Assembly: GCF_022539665.2 (NCBI RefSeq)
Contig: NC_081331.1
Location: forward strand, 5,022,001 to 5,086,000
Direction of reading: 5' to 3'
DNA from: Daphnia carinata
Taxonomy: Eukaryota
DNA: 64,000 nt
Part shown: positions 26,292-40,427 of the stretch, piece after piece
Layout of the letters: each line of letters starts with the position of its first letter
Position numbering within the stretch: position 1 is the first letter of the stretch
The notes under the pieces: generated by a model
Database searches by the model: none
The model's input: only the letters and a program-made list of their open reading frames with translations
Told to the model about the DNA's origin: nothing
Made by a program: the position numbers and the translations under genes

Positions 26292-29200
26292 ATGGGTGAG
26301 TTATTTTCTGGAATGCTTCGTTTCTTTCTTTTTATATCCACATAATAAGGAAACGAGTCCAACCTTGAAACGAAATGACGACGAATATAGCCAAAAGAAG
26401 CACCGAGAAACGAGAGAAGGCACAAAAAAAAAGGCAAAAGTAGAAGAAGATGGAGGATAGAAACGTAAATCAGAGCCCAACCAAAAAACCACAGCGTGTG
26501 TGCCGTAACTTCTCCTCCCTAAAACTTCTTTTTTTTTCATCAACAACTGTATAATTAATAATCTTTTTATCCATAGACTATCGTATTCATTTCTAATTGA
26601 TCCCGACGGTAATAGCACTTTGGGAAATCGTCGTCACGGTCGTGTCTTTTCGTATCGTGTTCTCACCGGTTCGTGTGCTTTTTCCCCACTTGGAGCGTGA
26701 CGTCATGTACACAAGACGCCTTTTTTTCTTTCAAAATGCCTGAAAAATAGCTGTCTCTCATTTTCAAAGAGAGAGGTAACAATTCAGGCATTGAGTGACA
26801 CGACCTTCCCCCTTTTCTTCCTGATTCTCAGTGAAAGGCGATATTTTAATATTCACAGGGATTATCTAACGACTGCCACTACTGTTGCCACATATGAGAG
26901 GGGGGAATAGGTGTGGTTGTAGTGGCGCCGACGAAAGATGGACATGGCTGGCGTCGCCGTCGTCGTACATAAAGTAAAAATGGTTCGCACACACACACAC
27001 ACAAGACATTCGAAATATGTGGACGCCGGAGGGACAGAAAAAGCCCCTTCCGGGCTTTTTTGATTCAGCAGCAGTAGAAGGGGGAGTTGCGTGTATGTGA
27101 GGGTGAAATGAAAAGAAGAAAGAAAAACGTTCGGTATAGCGTGGAAAGGCGTCGCGACGTTATAAAAGGAAGCGCCTTTGCACGCTCGGAAAAGTTTCTT
27201 GTCCAGTCGACTCTTTGCGTTCGACGGCGCTTCGCCAGCCTGCGTCTCCCCCTCCTTTATCGTGAGGAATCGACTCTCGATTGGGTAAAGAGAAATTTGA
27301 CATTTGCGTGACAAAAATCTTTTTTTTTTTTCTAAAATTTTTTCGTTTTATTTTCAGAAAAAAAAATCAACCCCCATTTGGAATTTTGTTTTGAGTTTCA
27401 AAAAAAAGGAGGGCCTTTTTTTTTTATCTTGTGCGAGAGGGAGAAAAAAAAGTGCACTACTCCGGAGAATCTATTTTCTGCTTCTTCATCCCGTCCGCAT
27501 TTTCCAAAGTTTTTTTTTTCTCCCTTGCGACGTCATTATTATTTAAGCAGTGCGGTGCCAGTGTGCTCATCTCCCCAATGGATTACTTTTGAAACGAAAT
27601 TCATACATTAAAAAAAAAAAAAAAAAATCCTTGAAAAAAGATGGTGATCTTGTGGACCAATTTGGAAGGCGAGAAGGTCGAACCGAGCCCGACGTCCCAG
27701 AGGCCAATACCTGAACATGGCCGGAATAACAGTAATGGCCAATTGAGTTTGAAACGGCGTGTGCAGGTGGCATTGAAACCGTCGTTACCGTCTCTTTTCT
27801 TACCCCTCATCAAACCGAACGATGAGAGCAGCAACGGTCGTGCGGCTTCCGAAACGTACAGTCCCGGAGCAAATACCGATAGCGTCAGTTTGCCCAGCTC
27901 GTTGGATAGTTCACCCACATTGGCAGATGACGATCTGCTGCGATTGGTAGTTATCCGTTCGCGAGATTTGTCACCTGATTCAGGTGTTCTCATCCAATAC
28001 GAACCGACTCCCTCGCCGTCCGTTCCGGTCAATCCAGTCAGGCCGACAACGTTACCCGCACAGCGGGCCAAACCACCAAAAACATTACCCATCATTTATG
28101 GTACTCAGAAATATTTTTTTGTTGTTCTCAACGGCGAAAAGAAAAGTCCCGCTTCTTCCTTTTTTTCCCGTTCAAAATATCGTTCAACTGGAACGATGTT
28201 GTTTTTGGCTAGAGAAATGTTTTAACTTTGTTATCAAATGTCATTTGTTTTTTCTTTTCGGGATTTATTAGCTTGCGAGGAGAAGCTGATCACCATCGAA
28301 ATGGGTAACATCCGTCTGTAGATGAACATTGAGACTTTTAGTTCACATTTGAAATTCAAAATTCCCTCGAAAATGACATTGGTGTTTCCTATTCGGCCTA
28401 TTTCCTTTTGCTAAAACTGTTCCATTTTTTTGAACAATCATTTTAGGTAAAACGCAGTGTCAGAGTTGCAAGAAGAAATGCTCCGGAGAGGTGCTGCGCG
28501 TCCAGGACAAGTACTTCCACATCAGCTGTTTCAAATGCCGCGTCTGCCAGAATTCTCTGGCCCAGGGCGGTTTCTTCTGCAAAGACGGCGACTACTACTG
28601 CACGCGAGATTACCAGGACCGTTTCGGCACCAAGTGCTCCCATTGCGGACTCTTCGTCGAGGGGGAAGTGGTCACCGCTCTGGGGAAGACGTACCACAGC
28701 AGCTGCTTCACTTGCGCCCGTTGCAGGTCATTGCCGTTTTTTTTTTTATTTTGGTGAAACCCACAAGAAATTATCCCGCGCGACTCGCTCGAATGCCATC
28801 GGGGTCTTTGACTGGAAGCAACACACTTTTTTATTTGCTCATATCTCGGTGTGTAGTATACGCGAACGTATTTCATCGTTTGTATAGTTACCACCTCTTG
28901 TGGTTTTCAGGCAACCACTTAAAAAGGAAGTGGTCAACTGTGCCGAATTGTTTTGTTTTTTTTGACCAGGTTGTAGTCGACACAACACAAAAATTGCCAA
29001 CTGCTTTTTTCTGCTTTGCGTCATCTTTTATAAGGCGGTGTAATGCAACGGGCGGGAGAAATCGATCGACCGGCAAAAGGATTTCACGCAAAACGTATAG
29101 ATATGTATTTGTGTGCGCTTGTTACAACCAAGCCACAAACCATTGTGACGGAACATGTGGCCCGATTGTTTTCAAAGCGTTCCCGGAAAATGGGATGAAA

Positions 29201-32200
29201 CCTAGAAAATCAAGATTTTGTTATTGCGCATTTTTAATATGGTACAAAACAGAAATGAAATGGAATAGCACACAGTAGAGGCCATTAGATAAATTCAAGT
29301 GGGTTGCCTGCATCGGTTAGATAAAAAAGAAAAAGATTTTCATTTTGCTTTTTGATTTGAAAATCGTGCTGTCATCTCAAGGGTTTCTGACTGCTGGAAC
29401 AGATGAGACTGATCATTTTCCAATGGCGCGTTATTGATTTTCGTTTCCATGTAAACAGGCAACCGTTTCCGTCCGGGGAACGGGTGACCTTTACGGGCAA
29501 AGAAGTTCTATGTCAGAAATGCGTCCAAATCCCCGTCATGACGGCAACGCCATCGCCGCCGATGAAACCGTCCCGCTCCAGTCCGGCGCCGAGCTCGCCC
29601 GTTTCGAACAGCGGAGTCAACACGTCATCGTCGACAACGCGTGAGTGTGAAAGCAATCAATAAATAATCAGGAGAAACAAAAAAAAAACAACAGAGGAAT
29701 GTTGTTTACTAATCGAAAATTTCTCTTTTTTTTTCAATTTCAGAATGCACCGGCTGTCGGAAGGAGATCGTTGAAGGCCAGGCTCTGATTGCGTTGGACT
29801 CGCAGTGGCATGTCTGGTGTTTCAAGTGTGTAACTTGCAACGCCCTCTTGCACGGAGAGTACATGGGAAAGTAAGTTAACTATTTATCATCGTCAGCCAC
29901 TTGGCTACCCCCCGTCTCTCTCTCTTTAGCAGACAAATAACGAAATTCATTTTGACGGACGTTGATTTCAAAAATGTGTTTTTTTTTTTTAATCACGTAC
30001 AGGGATGGATTGCCGTACTGCGAGAAAGACTATCAGCGTCAGTTTGGCGTCAAGTGTGATCACTGCGAGCGCTTTATCGCCGGCAAAGTCCTTCAGGTAA
30101 AGACGTGACACACATTATGATAATCTGTCGGAAGGATGACACTTTGAACCTAACCGAATGATTTTTGTTTCAAAACTGAAAAAAAAAGGCCGGAGATAAC
30201 CATCATTTTCATCCGACCTGTGCCCGTTGTTCAAAATGTGGCGACCCTTTCGGCGATGGCGAAGAAATGTTTCTTCAAGTAAGTGGATTTGCAAGACACG
30301 CAACATACGCACGTCATTCATTCGCAATGCCTTTGATGTAGGGCTCAGCTATTTGGCACCCGCGATGTGGCCCTGGCCCTGGCCAAAACACAAACGGAAA
30401 CATCACATTGTATCTGAACGGCGCTAATCAAAACCAAGGACACGACGATAAAGACGACCGTTTCAGTTCGACAGCCGGAAGCGAATTTCAAGTACATTTC
30501 CCACCTTTCCCCACTCTTCCCAAAACATTTAACGCTTTTTGTTTTGTTTTAATCGTGAAATCCCAGCTACGTCTAACGATGTTGCCTCGATTGTTTCTCC
30601 GCGTTTTTCGTTTTTTTTTTTTCATTATTATTTTGTTTTCTTTTAGTTTTCCATGAGATCCAGGACCCCTAGTGTCAATGGTTCCGTTTGTCCCAGTCCC
30701 TCCTATGGTAGCATGCATAAAAAGGTTATTTCCCTACTCAGTTCCTCTCAGTTTTTCGTTTTACCAAGTCTAAACCAAAACATGTCAAAATGCTTATACG
30801 TCGCTATCTTTTCAAACACGCCATAATCAATTAACCATTCAATTTTTTTTTGGCAATTGTTTTTCCTCCTCGCTGTTATCATTTTTAGCTCTCTTCAGCG
30901 CGAACGTTAAGTCCTGGCCTGATCCTACGCGATTATGGCAAAAGGAGTCCTGCACCTCCAGAAGACATCACTCGTTTGTACACCTATAGTTATTTAACCG
31001 AAGAGCCTACCATGGGCTATTTAAGGAAACCAATCGATCCATACGATCGGCCACCAAAGTCGCCCCATTTCCACCGACCTCAGAGTACATTTCTTTACAT
31101 TTGCTGATGGGGGAGTATTTTCATTTTCTTTTGCGTGTTACAGTTGGCGGTTTCAGCAATAAGAGAAGCAGCTTACCGTACAGGTTGAACCACAAACCTG
31201 GCATGAAAGCAATGCTGGACCAGATGGAAAGGGAGACACCCCGTCCCAAATCGCCACACATGAATAACGAAGAACCCATCGAGTTGGCTCATTATCCTAA
31301 CGCTAACCGGTAAATATTTGATTACAATTTATTACGCATAAGATTAGTTTTATATCGTTTATTTCAGGCCACGACCCGGTGATCCACCTCGTATTGAGCG
31401 CGACGACTTTCCGGCACCGCCTTATCCTTACACGGATCCGGAACGACGTCGCCGCTGGTCTGAATCCTCTAAAAAGATATCAGTTTCAGACAGCAATGAT
31501 TTTGACGATCGAAGCTACGAACATAGAGATGTCGTCGATGGTGAAACTGGCGAAGACACATCGGACGATCCTAAAGTGAAAGTAATTCATTTCAATTTCG
31601 ATTTGATTTTTAGTACGTAATAACTCGCGTTATCGATTTAGAAAAGCGAAGCCGAACTGTCAAAGATCGCAACTGGAATCGGCAAAGTCTTCCTGCACAA
31701 TCTGAAAGAACGCGAAAAGTTCCGCCAGTGGAAGATGAGTCATTTGGATCCGCGCAACGCTTCTCGTACACCATCTGCCAACAAGGTGAATGTCGATTGG
31801 ATTGTTCTATTTCAAACTTGATTTTATAGCTATCGATTTGTTAATCAGGAACCGCCGTTGCGTCTGCGCTACGAAAGTCCAATCAACGCCTCGCCTTCCC
31901 GCTTCAAGGACCACCCGCGACCTTTCGATTACGAAGAACCAGAGTTGGACAGGCAATCAGCTCATCGCTCTTCGCTCGGCCGATCAATCGGCACTCTTCC
32001 CTCCTACAACGGTATTTTCTTAAGAAATGACGACATAAGAAACTTTCTTTATTTGTTAGCAACCGAATGCAGTATTTTTTTTTTTATCATTCCCCGTCCG
32101 CTTGCCTCTTCCTTTTTTTTTTAAAAACAGTTTTTATTTGCAAAATCGCTTGAATTGTGACTTTCGTTTGGTTGCACGTTCGTTGATCTTACCGGTTGGT

Positions 32201-33725
32201 TTCGATTGCTTCAGAACAATACGCCATTTCGCTTTTTTTTTTTGTTTAGAGAAAGGCATTCAGTAATTGTGTGGCTGTGGTTTCATTTGAGTTTGGATTC
32301 TGTTGATTTTTATTTATTTATTATTTTCATTTTACATTTACCATTTCTATTGCCATGGCGCAACTTGTTTAAAAAAACAAACACACAAAACGAAATAGTC
32401 GTGTCATCCCGCAGTCCACCTAGACCTGGCTACACATTGAAGTCATCTACATTGCCCGTCAACGGTCGTCAAAATGGCGGAGACTACTTGGTAAATGTCG
32501 CTTTGTTTTTCTATTTTAGTTCTATTTTGTTTTCAGAATTTTTTCAGGCACCGAAAATGTGCGTCATAAAACAGGTAAGGTCAACAGTTTTCTTTTGCAT
32601 GTCTCGGTCCTTAATCGCTGTTTGCTTTGCTGACTGTCCACCCCAACGTTACGCATTTTTCCAGCTCTTTGTCTATTACATCCATTGTATTTTGATAAAT
32701 ATTTGACGTAGAACATTGTATCTCAACATCTTTCTCACTTTAAATGTCTGACTATATTCTTCTGTCTTTCCTATTTGCTTTTCATTTCTCCTTATAACCT
32801 TCATGTCGCTTGTGTTTCCTCTTCGATGGACAAAATAGTGGTGAGCGCCTTGCGCTACGTTCCAAAACCCGGATACGGATTCGCTCCCACACCACGCTCA
32901 TACACATTCGCGGTAGGTGTCATTTATCATTTTAGTGTGTTTAACCCCATCCAGGAAGAAAAACTTTGACGTACATCCGTTTTCATAAACTAATTTTTTG
33001 GATTTGAAAATGTAAAGGGAGACTATGCGTTGGGAGGAGGACTCGCTGAACAGTCGCAGCACACGGATTTCGGATCCAACAAGTCCGACAGTAAGTTTAT
33101 CTTTGTAAATGTTTAGAAAGGACATGTGTCAATTTTCAATGATGTTATTGCGTTTCAGTTTCAGCCGTTTCGTTGACGGAATCCGATCGTCGAGCCTTAG
33201 CACCTGATCTGCGGAGTAGCAACACGTACAGTAGCCATTTGGGTGGTGGCGGGATGGTATCCAACACGCCGCGTCCGCACTCGCAACAAGGCTTCCGGCC
33301 GACGCTGATGCCCGTCTCGACCATCAGCAGCCACGCTCTTCCGCCGCAATCGGCACCCTTCCGCGCCCACACTCATCTGCGGCGCTCTCTGCCCAACATG
33401 TCGGCGGCCGCTTTGGCCGCTCAGCAGGCGCTATCCAACGAGCCACCCAAAATCTATCCAGCTCATCTGTTGTTTACTACCAATTACAGACTTCCGGTGG
33501 ACGTCGACCGTTGTCAGTTGGAGGTAATTCATTATTTATCTCTTCTTCTTGTTCTATTTTAAAATCCTTATTTTTTTTCTTGCCCCCTTTCTCGTTTTTC
33601 TGTCTTCATAGCGTCACTTGTCGGACACAGAATTTGAAGCCATTTTCCAGATGACACGCTCGGAATTCTACCGCATCCCTCCCTGGAAGCGTAATGAAAT
33701 CAAGAAACGCTTCCGGTTGTTTTAA
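26292..33725 (+). CDS. unc-115: Actin-binding LIM protein (four LIM domains + villin headpiece), abLIM/unc-115; multi-exon with alternative 5' exons
   Basis: Exon 28447 encodes KTQCQSCKKKCSGEVLRVQDKYFH. Further LIM exons at about 29458, 29743, 30003 and 30189; PKSPHMNNEEPIELAHYP; IERDDFPAPPYP; headpiece VDRCQLE-RHLSDTEFEAIFQMTRSEFYRIPPWKRNEIKKRFRLF with TAA at 33723-33725. Confidence 0.93.
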
Positions 33726-35552
33726 AAAAAACGAAAATTGTTGGAGGGGTGAGCGTGTTTCTCGCAAAATTCCTCGACTGCAGCAACACCGCAAAAAAAA
33801 AAGGATTCGATGGAATTTTGCTATTTAGCTTTTTTTTTTTTTTAAAAAAAATTAGGGGTAGGGCGGGATGGGCAGGAATGAAACGCTTATGGTTCGTTAA
33901 GTGGAGTAAGGACAATCGATTTGCGCATCGCCTAATCAGTGTAGGCGGGATAAAGATATTTTTCTTTTGGCATTCTTGCAAAGCTATTTTTAGCTTCATC
34001 AAACAAAAACTTTCAAAAAAAAATCGGCAAACTCTAAAAGACATGTGAAAATAAGACTCCCGATGATTTTCTTTTTAGAAGAAACCAAAAAAAAAAGGAG
34101 TTTAGGCATGAAGACCGATGATATTGATAACACCCAGTTGAAACTGGTTATTATTGCATCGCAGTACCCAAACCAGTTAATGAAAAAAAAAATCAAGTGG
34201 AACGATTTCTTTTACCTTGTTTGGAATCGTTTTCATCCGGACGGCCTTGAAGCATTTTATTTAATTTGTTTTGTTATTTTTGTTCGTAAAAGAAAGGAAA
34301 GGAAAATTATTAGCAACTATTTTTTAATGGCCACTAAAAATTGGAAGGATAAAAACCGCAGCAACTCTCGAAATACTAGCGCTGTTTATTTCTATTATTA
34401 TTTTTTTTTTTTTTGGAGAGAGGGGAAACTGGATCAGCATCGATTTCCCACAAGAAAAAAAAAGTAGATTAAATTTATATTTTGCTATAGAGCTATCAAA
34501 TTATGTTTTTCTTTTCTCCTTCTTCGTTTTCTTTTTCTTCCCTCTGAACGGAATAATCCCCGACAAACCAATTTTTACCATAATATTATTGCCTGAATAC
34601 CTGGGTCACATGTAACGAGGTAGCTTTCTGATTGGGTTTTTTGGTATTTCAAGAGCAATCAAGCTGTTTCCATTATCCATGTCTTGTAAACAATCTTTCT
34701 AAGTGGGCAGCTTTCTAAACATCACAAAAGAAAACAGGCAGCAGGTGCTCCCAAAAAATGAAGTAAAATATTTTTTAAAAAATGTTTGAAGGAAAAATCA
34801 TTCATCGCAGAATGGACGAGATGTGTTTGGTTTTCTTCTTTTTCGAGGGACGTCACTCTTTTTCGTATTTAAAATTGCCTAACGTCTACTAATAGCATTT
34901 TGGCATTTCTCTTTCCTCCATCTAATATTCTTCATCTCCTAACACACCCAACTGTTGTGACTTACTTTTGGATTCTCCCTTGTCTGTGTCCTAGTCGCTT
35001 TCTGGATTGCAAAAAAAGATTCATTTATTTAAAGCAACAAAAAAAGGTAAAATTTTACTCTCTACCGAAAACCCAAACACTTTTTTGAATACATGTAATC
35101 GACTTCATTTTTGCGTTTCCTGTTTTATTTTCATTTTTAAATGGTGCTTATGAAAAACGAGGTAAGATATAATTTTCAACATTTGAAAATTCCCGCGTTT
35201 ACATTTTCCGGTTGCTCTTTAGCCTGCACCTTCATCATTTCCTATGACATTTCGCACAATAACAAGCACTGATTGAAATTTGCATAAAGAAAATAAAAAA
35301 ATCATGTCGTGATCATGATGGAAGAGAAAGGCGTGAGGAAACAGGAACACTGACCTTCTTGTGACTCATGGTACCAATCCACACCCATGTCAAATGAGCC
35401 AAATCCGTGTGAAACCACATTTTAATAAACCAACATTACAGATAACGTGGTAACGTACATCCTGTGGAGTAATTTTGTCATCTAATATCTAAAAGTCGTA
35501 TTTCAACGTCTAATTCTCATTAGAGGAGCAAGTGTTTTCCTGGTTGGATTCC

Positions 35553-38500
35553 ATGGCTGTCAAGGGTTTCAGTATACCTCAAAGAAAAATCTATGATCTG
35601 GATTTGTTATACAAAATAGTTTCGTGGGACCAAGCTGAGGTGGAGAAATATCTGACAGAGGTTTGTGTGATTCTTTAAAAATACAATAGCGTAATGTTAT
35701 TAAATTACACTTATTCAATCTTAACAGAATGGAATACATGGGTGTGGATTTGCATTGGAGGCAAATTCAATTAACGGAGAAGCCTTCCTTAATTTAAATA
35801 ACCAAACTTTGGCAAGTTGGGAAATACCAATAATAAAGCGCTCTAAAATAATAGCATTGCTAAATGAATTGGGATCTGAGGGTAGCAGAAAAAGTGCTAT
35901 AGTAACAGCACATTCAAGACAAAAAAAGGCAGCTACATACCTTGAAATAGTACAGCGTCCTACGGCTGCACCTCCTACACCCAGACCTTTATGTTCTGAG
36001 AAACCAAGTACTATACTCAAGCATTATATTTATCTGCTCGCTACTATCATTAATTTGCATAAAATTTAGAAATTCTAAACAAACCTAATTTACCAGTTAT
36101 ACCTCCTAAGCCACCACACTTGCTAAAAAAACCAATTCCAACAAACAGCTTGTCAAAAGGTATGGATAGGACATCAATTGTAATTGTAACACATCCTGAG
36201 AAATCACTGCAGTGTGCCATTCATTTTTAGATGAAACCCAAACAATTGAGAAAATCCCTGTTCAGTTGTCAAATGATGCAAATAACAGCCCCTTTTCTAG
36301 TGAATCGGAATACGTAGGTCCTGAAAGTAATGAAATATATATGAGCCCTACTGTTCACAATGAATCCGACTACGAGGATCCTGAAAATATCGAACTATGT
36401 ACGAACTCTTACGTTAACATTGATTCTATTGGTTGTAATATTAAATGCTGTATTAAAGTATATGTTTTACTCATGCCAGATACCGAACTAGACGAAGAAA
36501 GCCTTACAAAAAGCACCATTGACGGCCCCGCTGTTTCGTTTGAAACTATTCACAATAGCAGAACACCGTCTCTAGTGCTTTCACCTGATTGTCAAACAGA
36601 CGAGTCGTCGTCCGGTGACGACGGGAACGCATCGCTTACCAACGCTTGTTTTGTAGGTTACAAAATGCCATCTCCCAATAAAAGACCAATCCGCAAAAAA
36701 AGTACTTTTACAAACTGGCGCAATTTACCCGAAGAAAAACTTACCAAAGGTATACAATTATCATAACTAATTTCACGATATCGCACCTAAATTGAGCTGA
36801 CGCAAGAACGCGCTTTGGGCTTCAACAGCGACTGTAGACTGGCAAATAGTAGTACCCGAATCATCTTTCATATTTGCTTTGGGCACTTTGTGTTATTAGA
36901 TGGCCGGTCGGACCACCCTTTTCTATCTCACTCACCCGGAGGGCAATCTTGGCCATTACCTATCGCCACGGTAGTCGCTTCGTTTCTTATGTTGGCTATC
37001 CAGTTAGTTATAGATCAGGTGCTTACTATGTGGTTACTAGTTCCGTGTTCTTTATTCCAAACTTTTCAAAGAGTAAATTAGACAGGTGGCTTTCCTTTCT
37101 TACACATTCGATAGGGTGAATCCGTAGCACGTGAATGAAGCTTCTTTCAGTCTTGTAACGGCTATGGCTTGCTGCGGATATCTCCGCTTTGCTGGCCCGG
37201 CCGCGCGGAATTTGTTAAGACGACTCGGATGCGCTGCCGTCGAGTGTTGCGTCCGCGGAACGCAGCGCATCCGTCGGAAACTGGTACCAAAATACGCTTG
37301 CCCTTGCGACCTTTCAACAATGATGACCGTTTATGGTGAGCTAAAATCCCCTTTTTGCTATTATGTTTTAATTTAACGAAGCGATAAGAAGAGAGTATCA
37401 TTAAGCGTTCGAGAAACATGTTATCGTAATGATAGCGTTTGTGGCAGGTAGCGATTCCGTTTGGATTTTCAAGATTGTATTAGAAAGGGTTTGGGTGTAA
37501 ATCTAAGAATGATGTTGTTGACATTGAATTTGGGCAGAGTCCATTGTCAAGGCGAATAGATAACAATAGCTCGGACTTGTTTTGCAGGTTTTCCCTTTGT
37601 GTATAGCCTGGAGCAAGTGTGATCAATTTTGTGGTTTCCGGTTCCATCTTGATGGCAGGTAGTCTTAATAGTGCTCACGTGGGAAAACTGCAAATTGTTC
37701 ATGTCTTGTAGGATGATGATAAAAGAATTCGAGGGATTTCCGGTTCAGCTTTTTCGTCCCCTGTTCTTGGAAAACGAGAATAGTATTTGTATTTCGGCGT
37801 TGGAAGACTTGCGTCATCACGCGGTCATCGGACGATAGGGTAGCCGTTGTCTGTTGCCCTTGAAATTATTGGCTTTTCTAGTCTGGTTTTGCTTGGATTC
37901 CCTCAAAAAATATCGCTTTGTTTCGCAATCAAAATCAAATGTATCAAAATAACCGGTTTTTATTGTTCCCTTTTATACAGGAGATCCATGCGGTACTCCA
38001 CCTCTTCCGCCCGCTCGAAATCAAATTTTCAATCGGTGCTCATCGGAGTCCAATGTCAGTCAATCAGGTACTTCCTTAATTGTTCTCTTTATTTTACTCG
38101 TTGTAATCGTTAATTTGCTTTTACGTCATAGGATCAGAATCTCGTTCTTCACCAGCCCTGACCCCACGCAAACTGTCATCGCAGTGCGCTACTTCACAGC
38201 TGAATCTTGGTACATTCCCGTTATTCTTTCATCATTTTTTTTGTTTAGATTTCTTTTTTATTTTAAAAAATGTCGTAACTTGTTTTTGTTTACCTTAGCC
38301 GAATCACTTTCGTCACCATCGTACCCGCCACCTCCCGTACCCGCCCCAAATAGACGATTGACACCTGCTAGCCGGCCAAGTCCGACTCCTCTTCAACCAA
38401 GTATAATTTCATTTTCTTTTTTAAAATGATAATGAATTAATTTTAAAACGTGTTTTAATGATTTATTTTAATCAAAGATGCGCTCTTTGGAAGTCAAATT

Positions 38501-39085
38501 ATGTTACATCCAATGCGCAGGAGTCCATCACCGTCGATCTCGCAACATAATAGTTATAATAATAGCCCAGCAGGAAGTACACGCAGTAGCAATGTATCTA
38601 CGGATTCCGAAATGGCTAGTTATCCATGGTTCTTCAATATAGACCGTAAAAAAGCCGAATCTATATTGGCACCACGTAAGTGCTTAAATTCGTGAAACTC
38701 GTGAAATGTGTCAATCCATTATTATTTCAATGTTTGCAATAGTGGGAAACGGAACTTTTCTCATTCGGCCATCCAAGCATGGCGGAACGAACGCTTCGTT
38801 CACGTTGAGCTTGCAGTTTAACAACCATGTTTTCCACGTACTGATACGTACGAGGCCCGACGGTAAAATGGCTTTGGGTACCGAGAAGAAGGAAGAAAAC
38901 GTAACTATCTAAAGATAATCGCAATTCTTTTAATGATTTCTAAAGTACTTTGTCTTGTGTCACAGTGTTTCTACACACTGCATGAGCTAGTCGATTTCCA
39001 TTACAATGAAGTAATGCAGTTACATTCGGGCAACAAAGTGAGCGGAACAACGCGCCTTACCAGCTGGCCGACCAACTTCACGTAA
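35553..39085 (+). CDS. SAM / acidic-Tyr / Pro-rich / C-terminal SH2 adaptor (SLP-76/BLNK-like architecture); multi-exon
   Basis: SAM-like IVSWDQAEVEKYL..SINGEAFLNL..IIKRSKI; tyrosine motifs SEYV, EIYMSP, SDYEDP; PxxP runs; SH2 YPWFFNIDRKKAE..GTFLIRPS..FTLSL..VFHVLIR..ALG..FYTLHELVDFH. TAA at 39083-39085. Joining the SAM and SH2 halves into one gene is inferred from phase-compatible splice sites. Confidence 0.72.
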
Positions 39086-40427
39086 GATCTTTAAGTCGTT
39101 AGATAGCGGTCAATAACCTCTCGTTTGACCTTCGCCCCTTTTCTCTATTTTTTGTTTGAAAAATGTTCAATGCCTACTAGTTATTTGTGGCTTTCGCACT
39201 AAATTTAGCCGTTCGGCATTCAGCTGGAAATTTATATTTACTTGGGTTGAGAGCATCATGTGACGAGGATCATAAATCTTAAAGAAAGTATTAAGAGAAG
39301 TACAGGTCAATATCGTATCATTTAATATTATCCTTCTTAAATGAACTCTCCAACTGTTTGCTATTTACTTGTTGCCTTGTAAGATGTTCACTATAATTTG
39401 GTAGCAACACCTCACCATGTAACCGTCATGAATTTTCAGTTGATGTCGTATTTTACGTTTTCCTATGAACGTCGCCGAAGCCGTTGCGTGTGTTCATCAT
39501 TAGTCACGATCAATTGACTGCAATTCGTTTCTCTTCCCTCGATTTTAATTTTTTTGCACGTTTTCATTTACACGTGCAGATCGTTAAACTTTAAAAAAAA
39601 AAGACCCACCAAAGAGTCTTGAATTATGTTTTCTTTGCGCACGCTTGTATGGAAAGCAATAAATGCGTTCACTTATTGAGGATGACACGCAAAACAGTTT
39701 ACGTGTTACAACTACATTCTTTCACGTAATTGGACCGTCAGGCTAATTGTTTTGTATTACGTAAAAAATAGACACTTTGAAGATGTTAATTTACAGAACA
39801 CGTAAACATCAATAGTTAAAATACAGACATATAAATCGAGACAACAGAGCATTATGTCGTTTGTATTAAGTGAATATACGTAAAGTGGCAAAGAAATTCT
39901 CAAAGTATTTGGTGATTCAGATTTTGGGATACGATACTGGTGGGTATAATCATAAATGAAGAGGTAGAGATCAAAGTCTAGAGTGACTTATTATTGGCAG
40001 AGGCTAATACGAATTGACCAAGGTTGATTACGAGTTTGAAAGTGTTGTGTGAACTGGGACAGTTTTATTTTTATTATCTTAAATGAGAATTCGTGTCGAG
40101 GTGAAGAGATGTGGGAGCAATTGGATCAATGTACCTTTCATGACGAAGATGGATTTTCCAGGTAAAATTGTAAAATAAACACCCGGCAAATGAATATAAT
40201 ACATAAGCTCTCAGAAATAGAAGTTTGTGAGTTATAAAAGAGACAGAGAAAAGAGTCAATATTAAAAAGAAGAATGTCGGCAAAGAAAAATGCGTTCTTT
40301 TATCTGCTATTCAGACAGCAGGTGTCAGATTTGATTTTGGATGTGAGAGGAGGATTGGGATTGATCGTGGCTGGTTGTCACAGCGACGACAGTAATGCAA
40401 CTTGACATCCAATAATGTAATATCTGT

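Noticed and set aside
28457..29278. 273-aa plus-strand ORF
   Set aside because: Off-frame reading of the abLIM LIM exon running on into intron.
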